DNA from: Candidatus Poseidoniaceae archaeon
GTDB taxonomy: Archaea > Thermoplasmatota > Poseidoniia > Poseidoniales > Poseidoniaceae
Length of the DNA: 64,000 nucleotides
Reading direction: 5' to 3'
Assembly: GCA_949373235.1 (NCBI GenBank)
Contig: CASICQ010000003.1
Span: 179,076 to 243,075, forward strand
In this document: in pieces, positions 29,063 to 38,779 of the stretch
How the letters are laid out: each line of letters starts with the position of its first letter
Position numbering within the stretch: the stretch's first letter is position 1
Position numbers and translations under genes: made by a program
The notes under the pieces: generated by a model
What the model was told of the DNA's origin: nothing
Databases searched by the model: none
What the model saw: only the letters and a program-made list of their open reading frames with translations

Positions 29063-29298
29063 GGTTGAATGGAAACGCGCACCACAGATAATGCCTACCA
29101 TCTGTCATTGCTTGATGCATCGTTCTTTCCAGTCGATGATTGATTGGCCATATTCAGTGCCCCAAACCTTCTCATCACGCACAGTGTTGGAATGAGGTCG
29201 GCGCTTTCAACATAACCGGTGTACAAAAGCAGGGTTTTGCCGTTCTCGCCAAACGGGTTGAAGCCAATCTTTACGCCTACTTCTTTCCTCGCAGGGGC

Positions 29299-30018
29299 AT
29301 GGAGTGGCTCCCGAAGGGTTGGCGACCAAAGGTGGTGGCCGTCGACATCGATGGTACATTGACCGATGGCCATAAGCAACTCGACACTGGGGCCATCCAA
29401 GCTTTGAGAAAACTTGAGGATGCTGGAATTCCAGTTGTGCTGTCGACCGGCAACGTGCGCGCCATCACCTATGGCCTCTGGCGGTTTCTCAAATTAAGCG
29501 GCCCAATTTGTTGTGAAAACGGTGGTGTGCTCTGGCACAAGTCCTGGGGTGGCCCGATTGTTCGAGCCGATGGAAGCGAAGCAAAACGAGCCGCTCAATG
29601 GCTCGCTCTGCAGATTGAAGGGCTTGACCCCAACGGCATTCAAACCAATGATTGGCGAGAAAGTGAATGGTGCCTGTTCCCTGACGAAGACCTTGCAGCG
29701 GTTGAACACCACATTTCCCAAAGTGAATGGTCCCACCTCTCAGTTGTTCGAACGGGATTTGCGATCCACCTTATGGAACCGCACCTTTCCAAAGGCACCG
29801 GCTTAGAGGTGATGTTTGACAAAATGGGTTGGAGCGCTGATGATGTGTTGTGCGTAGGCGACGCCCCCAATGACCTCCCGATGTTTGAATTCGCTCGTTG
29901 GTCGGTGGCCGTAGGCGGAGCGTTTGATTCTGTCAAGGAGGCCGCAGACGTGGTTTCTCCGTTCCCCCACGGCTCGACGTTCGCTCCCCTCGTTGAAGCA
30001 ATTCTTGCTGAGGAATGA
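29299..30018 (+). CDS. HAD phosphatase, archaeal phosphoglycolate phosphatase type
   Basis: DIDGTLT, STGN, ENGG, SKGTG, GDAPND. Start moved to ATG 29299. Confidence 0.88.
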   Translation: MEWLPKGWRPKVVAVDIDGTLTDGHKQLDTGAIQALRKLEDAGIPVVLSTGNVRAITYGLWRFLKLSGPICCENGGVLWHKSWGGPIVRADGSEAKRAAQWLALQIEGLDPNGIQTNDWRESEWCLFPDEDLAAVEHHISQSEWSHLSVVRTGFAIHLMEPHLSKGTGLEVMFDKMGWSADDVLCVGDAPNDLPMFEFARWSVAVGGAFDSVKEAADVVSPFPHGSTFAPLVEAILAEE

Positions 30019-30100
30019 GCCATTCTCAAGCGAAGTTATCATTGCTTAAGCCCAGTTTGAAAAACAGCCTTTGATATATCGAAACCACTGAGAAGATGTC

Positions 30101-30334
30101 ATGGCACTCGAATGTAACATCGACGCAGCAGGAAAAGCAGCACGGCTAAAAGCCGGTATTCTGGGTGTTCTCGGAAGTGCCGCACTTGGCATTGGGCTGG
30201 CGACAGGCCTGCTTTCTGGCACATTTTGGTTGGTCGCAACTGCCGGTGCTTTTGCCGGAGCCGCTTTCACCATTTTCGAAGCACGCGCCGGATGGTGCGT
30301 TGTTCGCGCTATGGGTATTCCTACCCGAATTTGA
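30101..30334 (+). CDS. Small two-TM membrane protein (DUF2892/YgaP-like)
   Basis: CNID...R, two hydrophobic segments, GWCVVRAMGIPT. Confidence 0.65.
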   Translation: MALECNIDAAGKAARLKAGILGVLGSAALGIGLATGLLSGTFWLVATAGAFAGAAFTIFEARAGWCVVRAMGIPTRI

Positions 30335-30337
30335 GCA

Positions 30338-31390
30338 TCACTCGAGTTCAATTGAAGCGACTTCGTCAATTCGACGGTGGAACGCAACAGCAACGAGGGT
30401 CAGCAGGAGCAGGGACTCAAGCCCTGTGATCGGGAAGGGGATCACCTCTCCAATCAGTGATTCATCCTTATCTTGAGTTGCATCAGTGTGCCAAGAAAGT
30501 GGCTCATAATCCTCGACTTCGATCATGAACCAATCAAGGTCACGCGGGAGGGTTTCGGTAAGGAACTCATGCCCTTCTTGGTTGACGAGGAAATCATCCT
30601 CGATCCGAACACCAAACCAACCATCGATGTAGATGCCCGGCTCAACGGTAATCGCGTCCCAAACTGCAAGCGGTTGTTCATTGTATGAAAGACCAAACAG
30701 GGGATCATCGGTGCCACTGGAAAGCAAAGGTGGTTCGTGAACGCAAACGCCGAATCCGTGGCCAAGGCTGTGAATGAAGTACTCCCCATAGCCTTGTTCT
30801 TCGATGTGCGTCCGAGCAATGTCGTCTGGGACCCAAGCTGGTGTGCCTGCTTCAATCACAGGGAACGTGAGGTTTTGTGCATCGTACACCGCCATGTAGA
30901 CTTCGATGATGGTCTCGTTGGTGGTTGGGCCAACAACATAACTTCTGGTAACATCGCTCACCCAATCGTTGACGCGGGCGCCCAGATCGATCACAACAAC
31001 GTCGCCAATTTCAACAAATTTTGGCCCTGCACCGTTGTGTTCATCGTCACCGTGTGGAATGGCACCGTTCGCACCGCTTGCTACAATCGTGTCAAAACTC
31101 TTCCAATCTGGGTTGGACCCGTTGTCTTCCATCGAGCGATCGATTTCTTGTGCGATTTCTAATTCTGTGAATTGCTCCCCCATGAGCACGCGCCAAAGCA
31201 TGTAACGAGCGGTCTCATGACCAATGCCTGCTAAGCGAGTGGTTTCCCGAATGGATTCGTCCTTGTCAGGGGAAATGCCGGTGGGTGAAGGGAACTTACC
31301 CAACAAAGCATTTGCCGCCTCTGTCTCACAAGCCGACACGCAAGGTGCACAAAGCAACAACCCAACAAAGAGGAAGGCAACCGCACGCAT
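30338..31390 (-). CDS. M24 (Xaa-Pro aminopeptidase-type) peptidase with signal peptide and C-terminal membrane anchor
   Basis: IVASGANGAIPH, IDLG, SDVTR, HSLGHGFG..VHE, TVEPGIY, GVRIEDD; hydrophobic N- and C-termini. Start moved to ATG 31390. Confidence 0.88.
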   Translation of the reverse strand: MRAVAFLFVGLLLCAPCVSACETEAANALLGKFPSPTGISPDKDESIRETTRLAGIGHETARYMLWRVLMGEQFTELEIAQEIDRSMEDNGSNPDWKSFDTIVASGANGAIPHGDDEHNGAGPKFVEIGDVVVIDLGARVNDWVSDVTRSYVVGPTTNETIIEVYMAVYDAQNLTFPVIEAGTPAWVPDDIARTHIEEQGYGEYFIHSLGHGFGVCVHEPPLLSSGTDDPLFGLSYNEQPLAVWDAITVEPGIYIDGWFGVRIEDDFLVNQEGHEFLTETLPRDLDWFMIEVEDYEPLSWHTDATQDKDESLIGEVIPFPITGLESLLLLTLVAVAFHRRIDEVASIELE

Positions 31391-31550
31391 GAAACAACCA
31401 AGCGCCACCCCTCCATCAAGTGAACGGAAGAACCATTCGAACTCAGAATCTGATAAGCATCCCCTATGAGGCGATGCGATTGCATCGCATCCATCCACGA
31501 AGCATGCAGATGTGACGAATGATTAAGCGTCAAAGCCGCCTAAGAATATC

Positions 31551-32003
31551 ATGCCTGAGCGATTCCCCTCCATCGAAGGGAAGAATTTGAACAAGCAAGC
31601 GATAACGGTTCCTGATGATTTTTCAGAGCAACCCATTGTCCTCATTGTTGCTTTCCAGAGGTGGCACCAGAGGCTTGTTGACGAATCGATTGAACTTTTG
31701 GAGCAGCACAACATGAACGACACCCATTCGATCTTGGAAATCCCTGTCATTCAACGAGCCACTGCGTTCCGGCGAATGCGACTGGACGCATTGATGCGAG
31801 CAGGCATCCCTGATCTCAGAATACGACAACGCACGATTACGGTTTACCTCGACAAAAAAGCCTTCATGGACGATGCTGGCATTCCATCCGACGGCACAAT
31901 TTACTGGTTTTTGATCGACCACGCAACGAAAGAAACGCTGTTGAGAGGAACAGGAGCGATTGGCTTGGAAGCCATGCTGCAAATCAAAGCCGCCACGCCT
32001 TAA
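31551..32003 (+). CDS. Thioredoxin-like fold protein without CxxC (ATP10-like)
   Basis: FPSIEGKNLN..ITVPDDF, LIVAFQRWHQ, YWFLID. Confidence 0.55.
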   Translation: MPERFPSIEGKNLNKQAITVPDDFSEQPIVLIVAFQRWHQRLVDESIELLEQHNMNDTHSILEIPVIQRATAFRRMRLDALMRAGIPDLRIRQRTITVYLDKKAFMDDAGIPSDGTIYWFLIDHATKETLLRGTGAIGLEAMLQIKAATP

Positions 32004-32149
32004 GCAGGTTGCAGAAGAAACATACAAGGGCAAGGTAATGGCGGGTCAAAGCCGGAAAAAGTAAGGCATTTTGAATGAAAAAATGGACTCCGAAAAGAGG
32101 TGTTCTACTCGTGCTCGACACTGTCGCAGCACAGCGTTTGGAATGGGAG

Positions 32150-32231
32150 TGCCGGGGGCAGGATTCGAACCTGCGAAGCTTTACGCAGAGGATCTTGAGT
32201 CCACCCCCTTTGACCGCTCGGGAACCCCGGC
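32150..32231 (-). tRNA. tRNA-Leu(CAA)
   Basis: Reverse complement GCCGGGG...GTGGA-CTCAAGA-TCCTC, long variable arm, GCAGG-TTCGAAT-CCTGC, CCCCGGC-A. Confidence 0.95.
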
Positions 32232-32263
32232 TTGTGTTCTCCGCTCGAACCCCCTGTTCTTGA

Positions 32264-35200
32264 CTATTGCTCTTCATCGAGGTCATCCAAACTTGCAGGC
32301 CTGGGGGGTGGCTGGCTTCGTTCAAGAAGAGCAGCATCAACCTGCTTTTTGGTGAATTCATTGAGACTCTCCTGCCTTCGGTAGAGCGTAAAGCCGAGAA
32401 CGCCGGCGGCGAGGATCACCACTAAGACAGCAAAACCAAGGGTGTTTATTGCTCCCTGATTGGCGTCAGGAATTGATTTCACCTCCCCCATTGGCAAGGG
32501 TATGTTGCCTGTCACGTCGACTAAAACGACATTCAAACCAAGGCGTCCTGTGCCCCATGTTTCGACGCTCCAAGCGTATTCCACCCATGTCCCTGGCTCA
32601 AGTCGGGTGGTGTTTTGTTCGAGCACCCTTCCGTCAGCATCTTCAAGGTGAACCGTGATGTTCCCCCCAAGCAATCCCTCATTGGCTACGCGAACAAAAA
32701 TCGAGATGTTCTCGCCAACAATCGCTCTGTAAGGTGTGACCTTGATGTCGTCGAAACGTGGCTCGAATGCGACCCACCTGAAGGCGGGCGTCATTGGTGA
32801 TTCACTCGTACCAAAACCAGTGATGTTGCGACCAGCTAAATCGCTCGCAGAAAACCAAACTTGCACCCGATCGTCCCGTTCGAGAAGAACCGTTGCGTCA
32901 GGGCTCATGTCCACGGTTCCTGCATAGGTGTTGGTTGTCCCTGTACCCGCGGATTTGTCGATTTGGGCAGAACCCTGGCTGTTCGGGATGGGAGCCCCTT
33001 GGCGCATGAAGTGCCAATGCGCGGTGAGCGGTGCTTCGCCTAACCCTTCTTGATCGCTCAGGATTACGATGATTTCTTGCGCTGCGAGTGCATCGGAATC
33101 AACGATTACCAAGGTGCCGGGAGGTACAGTAAGCTGGGGTGCAAACCTGTCAATGGTGAGGTTGATGCGTTGATCATACATGAGCAACGGATGTTCAAAA
33201 ATGAGTTCAATGAAGCCGGTGTTGTGCTTTACCACATCGCCGCTGATGTGAATTGAAGACTGGGAGTGGCCTTCATTATCGAAGGTCAAATTTGAGAGAA
33301 GCGAGCGTTCCCCATCCGAGAGCACAGCGTGGCCAATGAGCGAATTTGGAACAAATTCAGCAGGCACCTGCGTGTGAAGGTGGGTCAATTCTAACGTCAA
33401 AAGGAGCATGTCATTGCGATGAACCCACAGATGATCGTTGCCAGTGTCCCCGATTGGGAGTGTGAGGTCTTCAAACAGGACCGATTGGAGTTGAAGGCTA
33501 AAGGACGTGTTCCATTCAAAAACCGTCAATCGGGAAAGGCCCAAACCTAGGTCTTGGCCTTCATCAAACACCTTGAAGGAAGGCACAGCGGCTTGTGAAA
33601 GGGGGGATTCAGTCAAATTCCAAGCCAATCGGAACGCCATCGAGACCGTCCAAGCCTGTTGATTGCCTTGCTGTTCAATCGAAACGGTTGGCTCGGTTTC
33701 AAAGCAGGGCTCATCCGCAGTAACTTGAGCGTACCTTGGTTGATACTCAATGAAACAAGTGCTCGTTTGGTCGCGACCAAGCAAGGCAAGTTCCATTTTA
33801 TCGAGGGACATGATACCGTTTCCATCGGTGATGGTGAAGTTAAAATGGTGAAGATGGCCTAGCATCAACACCCCCTCAAGCGAATCAAATTCAAGTGATT
33901 CTGTGTCAATAGTGCTGTCATAACGCTCCTGCACATACACCGTGGCCAAGTCTTGGTTTGAACCAAATTCACCGCCGCCATCAAGCGCATTCCCTGCCAA
34001 ATCATTGGCTCGAATGACAACGCTCGCTCGCCCTGAGGAGCCTCCTGCGGTGATGTCAGCCCAACCAAGAAGCGGGAGGTCGACGACCGCTTCACTCAAA
34101 CCACTGTTGAAGGTCACCGTTTGGACGTTGTACTCTTCCGCATCCATAACGCCGTCAAAATTGACGTCATCGCGCGCTTCGAGCCAGGTGTGCATCTGAA
34201 GCGTGTTGTCCAAGCCTTCCGCATCCGCCAGCGTGACGCGCAACGCCAAATCTTGACCCTTCATCCAAATGTGATTGTCGGCCGGAGCGTAGCCACCAGG
34301 ATCGAGGGCAAGCAGGGAAATCGTGCTTGGCCTGATTCGGTCAAAGACGAACGGAACATCGCTTGAGCGTGGCGTTTGGTCGAGGCTTGTTGCGGAGGCT
34401 GCTCCCATTGGGCCCCTGCGTTCAAGGTGGGCTGAAATCATGATTCGAGTTCCAGAGGGCACCTGTTCTGTGAAGCCGGGGGCGTTCATGGCAATGGAGA
34501 AGCCACCGTTGGAATCGACTTCATCAAGCCATGAAGAGGACCAATTTACCGGCTCCGCTGGCCATTCATTTGGGCCACCGCTGATGTTGATTGGAGGCAC
34601 GGCCGTCGCATCGAGGCGGACTTCCGCCTGACCTTGTGCCACATAGGATTGAGCAATGCCTTGGAACCGCACTGCTCCTGTGGCGAGAAGGCTGTGATTG
34701 GCGTTCAGGTGGAACGGCCATTGGGGGTTGGACCAGTCGTTGAGGTTGCGTTGGTTTTCGTCTGTGATCATCAAATTGACGACTTCGAGATCGTTTTCAA
34801 TCTCGTTGAACGCAGTTTGTCGGTATGAATGCGCTGGACCTGTTGAAAGGCCGTTCACATCGGTGCCAAGTGCCAAAACATGAACGTCGTCCACATCATC
34901 AAAATCCCATGTGCTTTGCAGCGCCCAAGTGGCGTTGCAGACGTTGAGCGTGCATGTGACGCTCGACGATTCTGAAAGAAGGTGAGCAAAGGCAACCCCT
35001 CCGAGTTGGCGCAGTTGCGGGGTTGTATCGAGGTTGATGGCTTGCACGTGGACCAGCGCGTCGCTGTGATGCTTTGTTGGTGAAAGCATCAATTCCAGCG
35101 AGCTGAAGTCTGGTGCATCGGATTCAGGCTGGTTGGCGTCCCCGCGCCAATGTTGTGTGTGGAACACTACCGTTTGTTCAGGCAACCAACGCTGATGGGA

Positions 35201-38200
35201 AATTGGGAGCACCTGATCGACAAGCAGCGGTTGGGTGAACGCAGTCAAGTTGACCGCCACCGAGCCAAACTGAGTTGTCGCTCTGAGGGGAAGAACAACC
35301 GTGGAAGAACTGTTTCCAGCCTTGAACTCATCAGCAACGCCGTTGAGCAGGCTTTGGGTGATCGAACGTTCAATGGTTTGCTGGTTCGCTACGATGACCG
35401 CTTGGCTAAAGGTGGCGGTGAAGGAACCGGACATGACGACAGCAAGGCTGCATGACGCAAGGTTGGCTTCGGTTGAGTCTGGTGAGGGTGTGCATGTTGC
35501 CGAGTGGGTCACGCGATGATGCGTTGACCCTGAAGAGGCTGCAAGCGCAAGGCTTGGCCCACCCTGTTGAACTTCGAGCAACCCTGCCGTTGCGTTGCTT
35601 TGCATTTGAACAAGGAACTGTACGTCATAAGCCATTGCACCAGCAATGAACGGAGCGTTGACTGGCATGAGCCAAGAGAGGTTCGCGTGTTGCGTGCCGC
35701 TATGAATCACTTCCAATGCCCCGTTTTGGTCCGCCTGAACGGTGTTGAATTCGCCCTCGAAAGCGGAGAACCCCTTGTTCAACCCAAAGCTTTCGTTTGC
35801 CTCGCCAATTGGCCATTCAAACAACGTCGTGTTGGTGCCTCCAAGGGCCAGCAGAGGCGCATGGGGCGCCAATGAGCAGTGGGGTTCGAAGATGAAACCA
35901 CTTGCAGCAGCGCCGGCGGTCCACGTGAGCGCTAACGGGGTTTGGAACAGCGGGGTGTTTGTTTGAGAAAGCACCCTGCGCAAAACCGGAGGGTCGAGTG
36001 GGGCATGCGTCCAAGCCTCGAGAGCCAAGCCATTGTGCGTGGCTGAGAGGTTATCGCCGTAGGTTTCAATGACCATGGATTGGAACGGGCAGAAGGCTTC
36101 CACCTCCCACACCAATGAAGTGGAGGTTGCAGCAACGAGGTTGGCGTCCTGGTCGATGCTCAATTGGTTAAGCCCAACGCTGGGAAATGGGTTATTTCGG
36201 TGGTGATAGGCATCATAATAGTGAACAGAACCTACGCTTAGACGTTCGATGGAAGGGGTGAGAAGTTCATTTTCTGTAGCGAGATGAACCTTGAGTTGGA
36301 GGGTCGGATAATGGATTGGATCCAAAGCCAGTTCAATCGGTAGGCTTCGGTTTTCATAGCCAGGAATCGCCGTCCCATTGGCGTCTAAAACATCGAAATG
36401 CACGGTGGTGTTTTCTGGTTGGAAGACAAAACCATCGACATGACCCCACCCAAAGGTTGGATGGGGTAGAAGCGGTTGCGAAGTCCATGCACCTTGTGCT
36501 TCATACACATCGATTTCTATACCTGCATCGTCGATGTACCATCCATCAAGTTCGATAAGTTGGTCCGAGAAGAACGTAAAACGAGCGCGAACCTCAAGGC
36601 CAGAGAGGTTGGATAAATCAAAGGTTTTCAAATCGAAAGCACGCGGGCTTGAAGTGCACCCACCTGCCACGTTTGAACCGTCAAAAATCCCTTCACCAAA
36701 CAGGGGTGAATTGCTGTTTACCGTCGAAATTTGATCATGGAATCCGTTCAATGTAGGCGGTAAAAACCACCAATTTTGGCCGCCGTCTGTGGAAATTGAA
36801 ACCGCTCCTCCGTCCCAACTTGCTTCGGTGCACACCCAACTTCTGAAGGTGAGCCGAGAAGTGGAATTCACCGGCAAGGTGTATTCTGGTGTGTAGAGGT
36901 GAGTGAGCATGTTGTTCCGGTATTCATCATCGAGGTAAATACCGGCTCCTGCGTTGCCAGAATGCCAAACGCCCGGCCCGAATCCGGAAGCATTGGAGGT
37001 GGCGCCAACTTCCCAGCGCCGGTTCGAGGTGGCATCAAGCGACCAACCCGCAGGCAATTCAAAACTAAATTCGAACCCCTCGCTCTGTGAGGTTGCTCCG
37101 TTGTTACCGAGGCTTGCCGTCCATTGCCATTGATTGACACCAACGGCATCGTAGGTGAGCCAGCCGTCATTGGATCCGTTGCTGAGCGATGGTTGTACGC
37201 TGAAGTTCGCCAGTGAGGTTTTGCTTTGAGTGGCGGTTCCACGGTCAACCCAAACGCTCACGTCATCGATTGCAATGCCTTCCCAGCCGCTTGAGGCTGT
37301 CCCGCCGAAGTTGTTCTGCCCATCGGTTTGAACCCAGAACCGGAACAGAACATTGCTTGCGTTCGTCGGACTGGTTTGGCTCCAAGGGAGGTTGTAGAGA
37401 ACAGGGCACCAGGCGTCGTTTGAATCAGGGCCGTTGAAGAACACCCCGTTGCATAGAGCACCGTTGTTTGGATGGCCCGGGTGATTGGAAATTGGAGAGT
37501 AAGTCGTCCCGTTATCAAGGGAAATCCACACTGTGAGGTGATCTTTAGCGCCACCTTCAATGTCCCAATTGGAAGAAATTTCAAGTTCCACTGTTTGACC
37601 AGTTAGGCTGGAAACGTTCGCTGCAAGAGCAAGCTGGCCCTCTGCGTTTGGAAGGTAATCCCCTGACAAGTTTCCATGGAACCAAGCACCCGCAACATCG
37701 CCTTGGTTCTGCATCTGCACCTCATCGATGAACCAGCCACCGCGAGCACCGATGGATGTACCCGTGGCGTAACAAAACCGGATTTCGATGGAAGGCTGAA
37801 GTTGTGATAGATAGGAATCAAGGTGGAAAACTGATGTCGCCCATGAAGCATGTTGACCATTCCACACAGAAGATGGAGCGTCGCTGGAGGTGGATGTTGC
37901 GTTGTACCCGCTTTGCGGGGTTGCTGTGACCCATGCTCCTGATGCGGTTTGAACTTCGACCCAAGCAGCATCGTCTGAGTTCAAGGCGAGCCAATGCTCG
38001 AACGTGAGGGTGTAATTGTTGATGAACGAAGGTGTGGTGAATGCAGGTGAGCGGATGCACCCCGTCATATCGGGGCCTGGATCCCCAAGACCACGCGTCG
38101 AAAGAGCACTCAGTGAGTCGGAACCGTTGGAAGGCAACGCCATGACTGATTGTGAAACAAACGGAGAGACCGACGGTTGAACCACGGCCCATGCCTCATG

Positions 38201-38668
38201 ATCATCACCCGTACCCATCCAACCCGAAGCGGTGCGAACTGTTGATTCGAAATTGGCAATGGTTCCCAACGAAGCCTCGGTTGCAAGCGTGAGCCGCCCA
38301 CCGTGCCCAATACCGTTGGTTTGGTGATGTGTTCCGTTCCATTGCTCGGCAGATTGGACGCCAAAGTTTGTGCCGTTTGATGGATCCATGCCCCACAGTG
38401 GTTCGATGGAAACCGTACCACCGGTGAAGGTTCGGTTGGCGTCGACAATCAACGCTTGTTCAACCGTCGCCTCGACACTTGTGGAGTTTTGCTCAGGGAA
38501 AAATTTGACCAACCCCATGCCATGGTTGGTTTCATCGTCCGCCCAAGTTGGTGATTCTGAACTGGCAATCAGAGGGCTTAGGCTTGAAATAAGCATCAAG
38601 ATCACCAAGCCAAAGCATGCGCGAATGGGAGCGTTCCCATTGGCTGTTTGCCGCTTGACTGTGTTCAT
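32264..38668 (-). CDS. 2134-aa surface protein with repeated jelly-roll (MAM/InhA-like) modules, Ig/CARDB-like domain and C-terminal TM
   Basis: Signal-like N-terminus; repeated GWFIDEV / GIAIDDV / GWYIDDA modules; ISIFVRVANEG; TM LGFAVLVVILAAGVLGFTLYRR; many NxS/T sequons. Confidence 0.8.
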   Translation of the reverse strand: MNTVKRQTANGNAPIRACFGLVILMLISSLSPLIASSESPTWADDETNHGMGLVKFFPEQNSTSVEATVEQALIVDANRTFTGGTVSIEPLWGMDPSNGTNFGVQSAEQWNGTHHQTNGIGHGGRLTLATEASLGTIANFESTVRTASGWMGTGDDHEAWAVVQPSVSPFVSQSVMALPSNGSDSLSALSTRGLGDPGPDMTGCIRSPAFTTPSFINNYTLTFEHWLALNSDDAAWVEVQTASGAWVTATPQSGYNATSTSSDAPSSVWNGQHASWATSVFHLDSYLSQLQPSIEIRFCYATGTSIGARGGWFIDEVQMQNQGDVAGAWFHGNLSGDYLPNAEGQLALAANVSSLTGQTVELEISSNWDIEGGAKDHLTVWISLDNGTTYSPISNHPGHPNNGALCNGVFFNGPDSNDAWCPVLYNLPWSQTSPTNASNVLFRFWVQTDGQNNFGGTASSGWEGIAIDDVSVWVDRGTATQSKTSLANFSVQPSLSNGSNDGWLTYDAVGVNQWQWTASLGNNGATSQSEGFEFSFELPAGWSLDATSNRRWEVGATSNASGFGPGVWHSGNAGAGIYLDDEYRNNMLTHLYTPEYTLPVNSTSRLTFRSWVCTEASWDGGAVSISTDGGQNWWFLPPTLNGFHDQISTVNSNSPLFGEGIFDGSNVAGGCTSSPRAFDLKTFDLSNLSGLEVRARFTFFSDQLIELDGWYIDDAGIEIDVYEAQGAWTSQPLLPHPTFGWGHVDGFVFQPENTTVHFDVLDANGTAIPGYENRSLPIELALDPIHYPTLQLKVHLATENELLTPSIERLSVGSVHYYDAYHHRNNPFPSVGLNQLSIDQDANLVAATSTSLVWEVEAFCPFQSMVIETYGDNLSATHNGLALEAWTHAPLDPPVLRRVLSQTNTPLFQTPLALTWTAGAAASGFIFEPHCSLAPHAPLLALGGTNTTLFEWPIGEANESFGLNKGFSAFEGEFNTVQADQNGALEVIHSGTQHANLSWLMPVNAPFIAGAMAYDVQFLVQMQSNATAGLLEVQQGGPSLALAASSGSTHHRVTHSATCTPSPDSTEANLASCSLAVVMSGSFTATFSQAVIVANQQTIERSITQSLLNGVADEFKAGNSSSTVVLPLRATTQFGSVAVNLTAFTQPLLVDQVLPISHQRWLPEQTVVFHTQHWRGDANQPESDAPDFSSLELMLSPTKHHSDALVHVQAINLDTTPQLRQLGGVAFAHLLSESSSVTCTLNVCNATWALQSTWDFDDVDDVHVLALGTDVNGLSTGPAHSYRQTAFNEIENDLEVVNLMITDENQRNLNDWSNPQWPFHLNANHSLLATGAVRFQGIAQSYVAQGQAEVRLDATAVPPINISGGPNEWPAEPVNWSSSWLDEVDSNGGFSIAMNAPGFTEQVPSGTRIMISAHLERRGPMGAASATSLDQTPRSSDVPFVFDRIRPSTISLLALDPGGYAPADNHIWMKGQDLALRVTLADAEGLDNTLQMHTWLEARDDVNFDGVMDAEEYNVQTVTFNSGLSEAVVDLPLLGWADITAGGSSGRASVVIRANDLAGNALDGGGEFGSNQDLATVYVQERYDSTIDTESLEFDSLEGVLMLGHLHHFNFTITDGNGIMSLDKMELALLGRDQTSTCFIEYQPRYAQVTADEPCFETEPTVSIEQQGNQQAWTVSMAFRLAWNLTESPLSQAAVPSFKVFDEGQDLGLGLSRLTVFEWNTSFSLQLQSVLFEDLTLPIGDTGNDHLWVHRNDMLLLTLELTHLHTQVPAEFVPNSLIGHAVLSDGERSLLSNLTFDNEGHSQSSIHISGDVVKHNTGFIELIFEHPLLMYDQRINLTIDRFAPQLTVPPGTLVIVDSDALAAQEIIVILSDQEGLGEAPLTAHWHFMRQGAPIPNSQGSAQIDKSAGTGTTNTYAGTVDMSPDATVLLERDDRVQVWFSASDLAGRNITGFGTSESPMTPAFRWVAFEPRFDDIKVTPYRAIVGENISIFVRVANEGLLGGNITVHLEDADGRVLEQNTTRLEPGTWVEYAWSVETWGTGRLGLNVVLVDVTGNIPLPMGEVKSIPDANQGAINTLGFAVLVVILAAGVLGFTLYRRQESLNEFTKKQVDAALLERSQPPPRPASLDDLDEEQ

Positions 38669-38779
38669 TCAAGACCACCTCGCTATCGCGAGGTGAGCCA
38701 TTCGATATGAAGCAACGCACCTGATGATTGAGGGATTGGGAATGAAGGGTTCAAAGTATGTCGGCCATACGCCTAAGCA

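Noticed and set aside
32004-32263. tRNA-Leu as an integration site for an island carrying the giant surface gene
   Set aside because: No integrase, no duplicated tRNA 3' end noticed, and no evident compositional shift. The nearby hairpin (32111-32132) and T-tract fit termination or processing.
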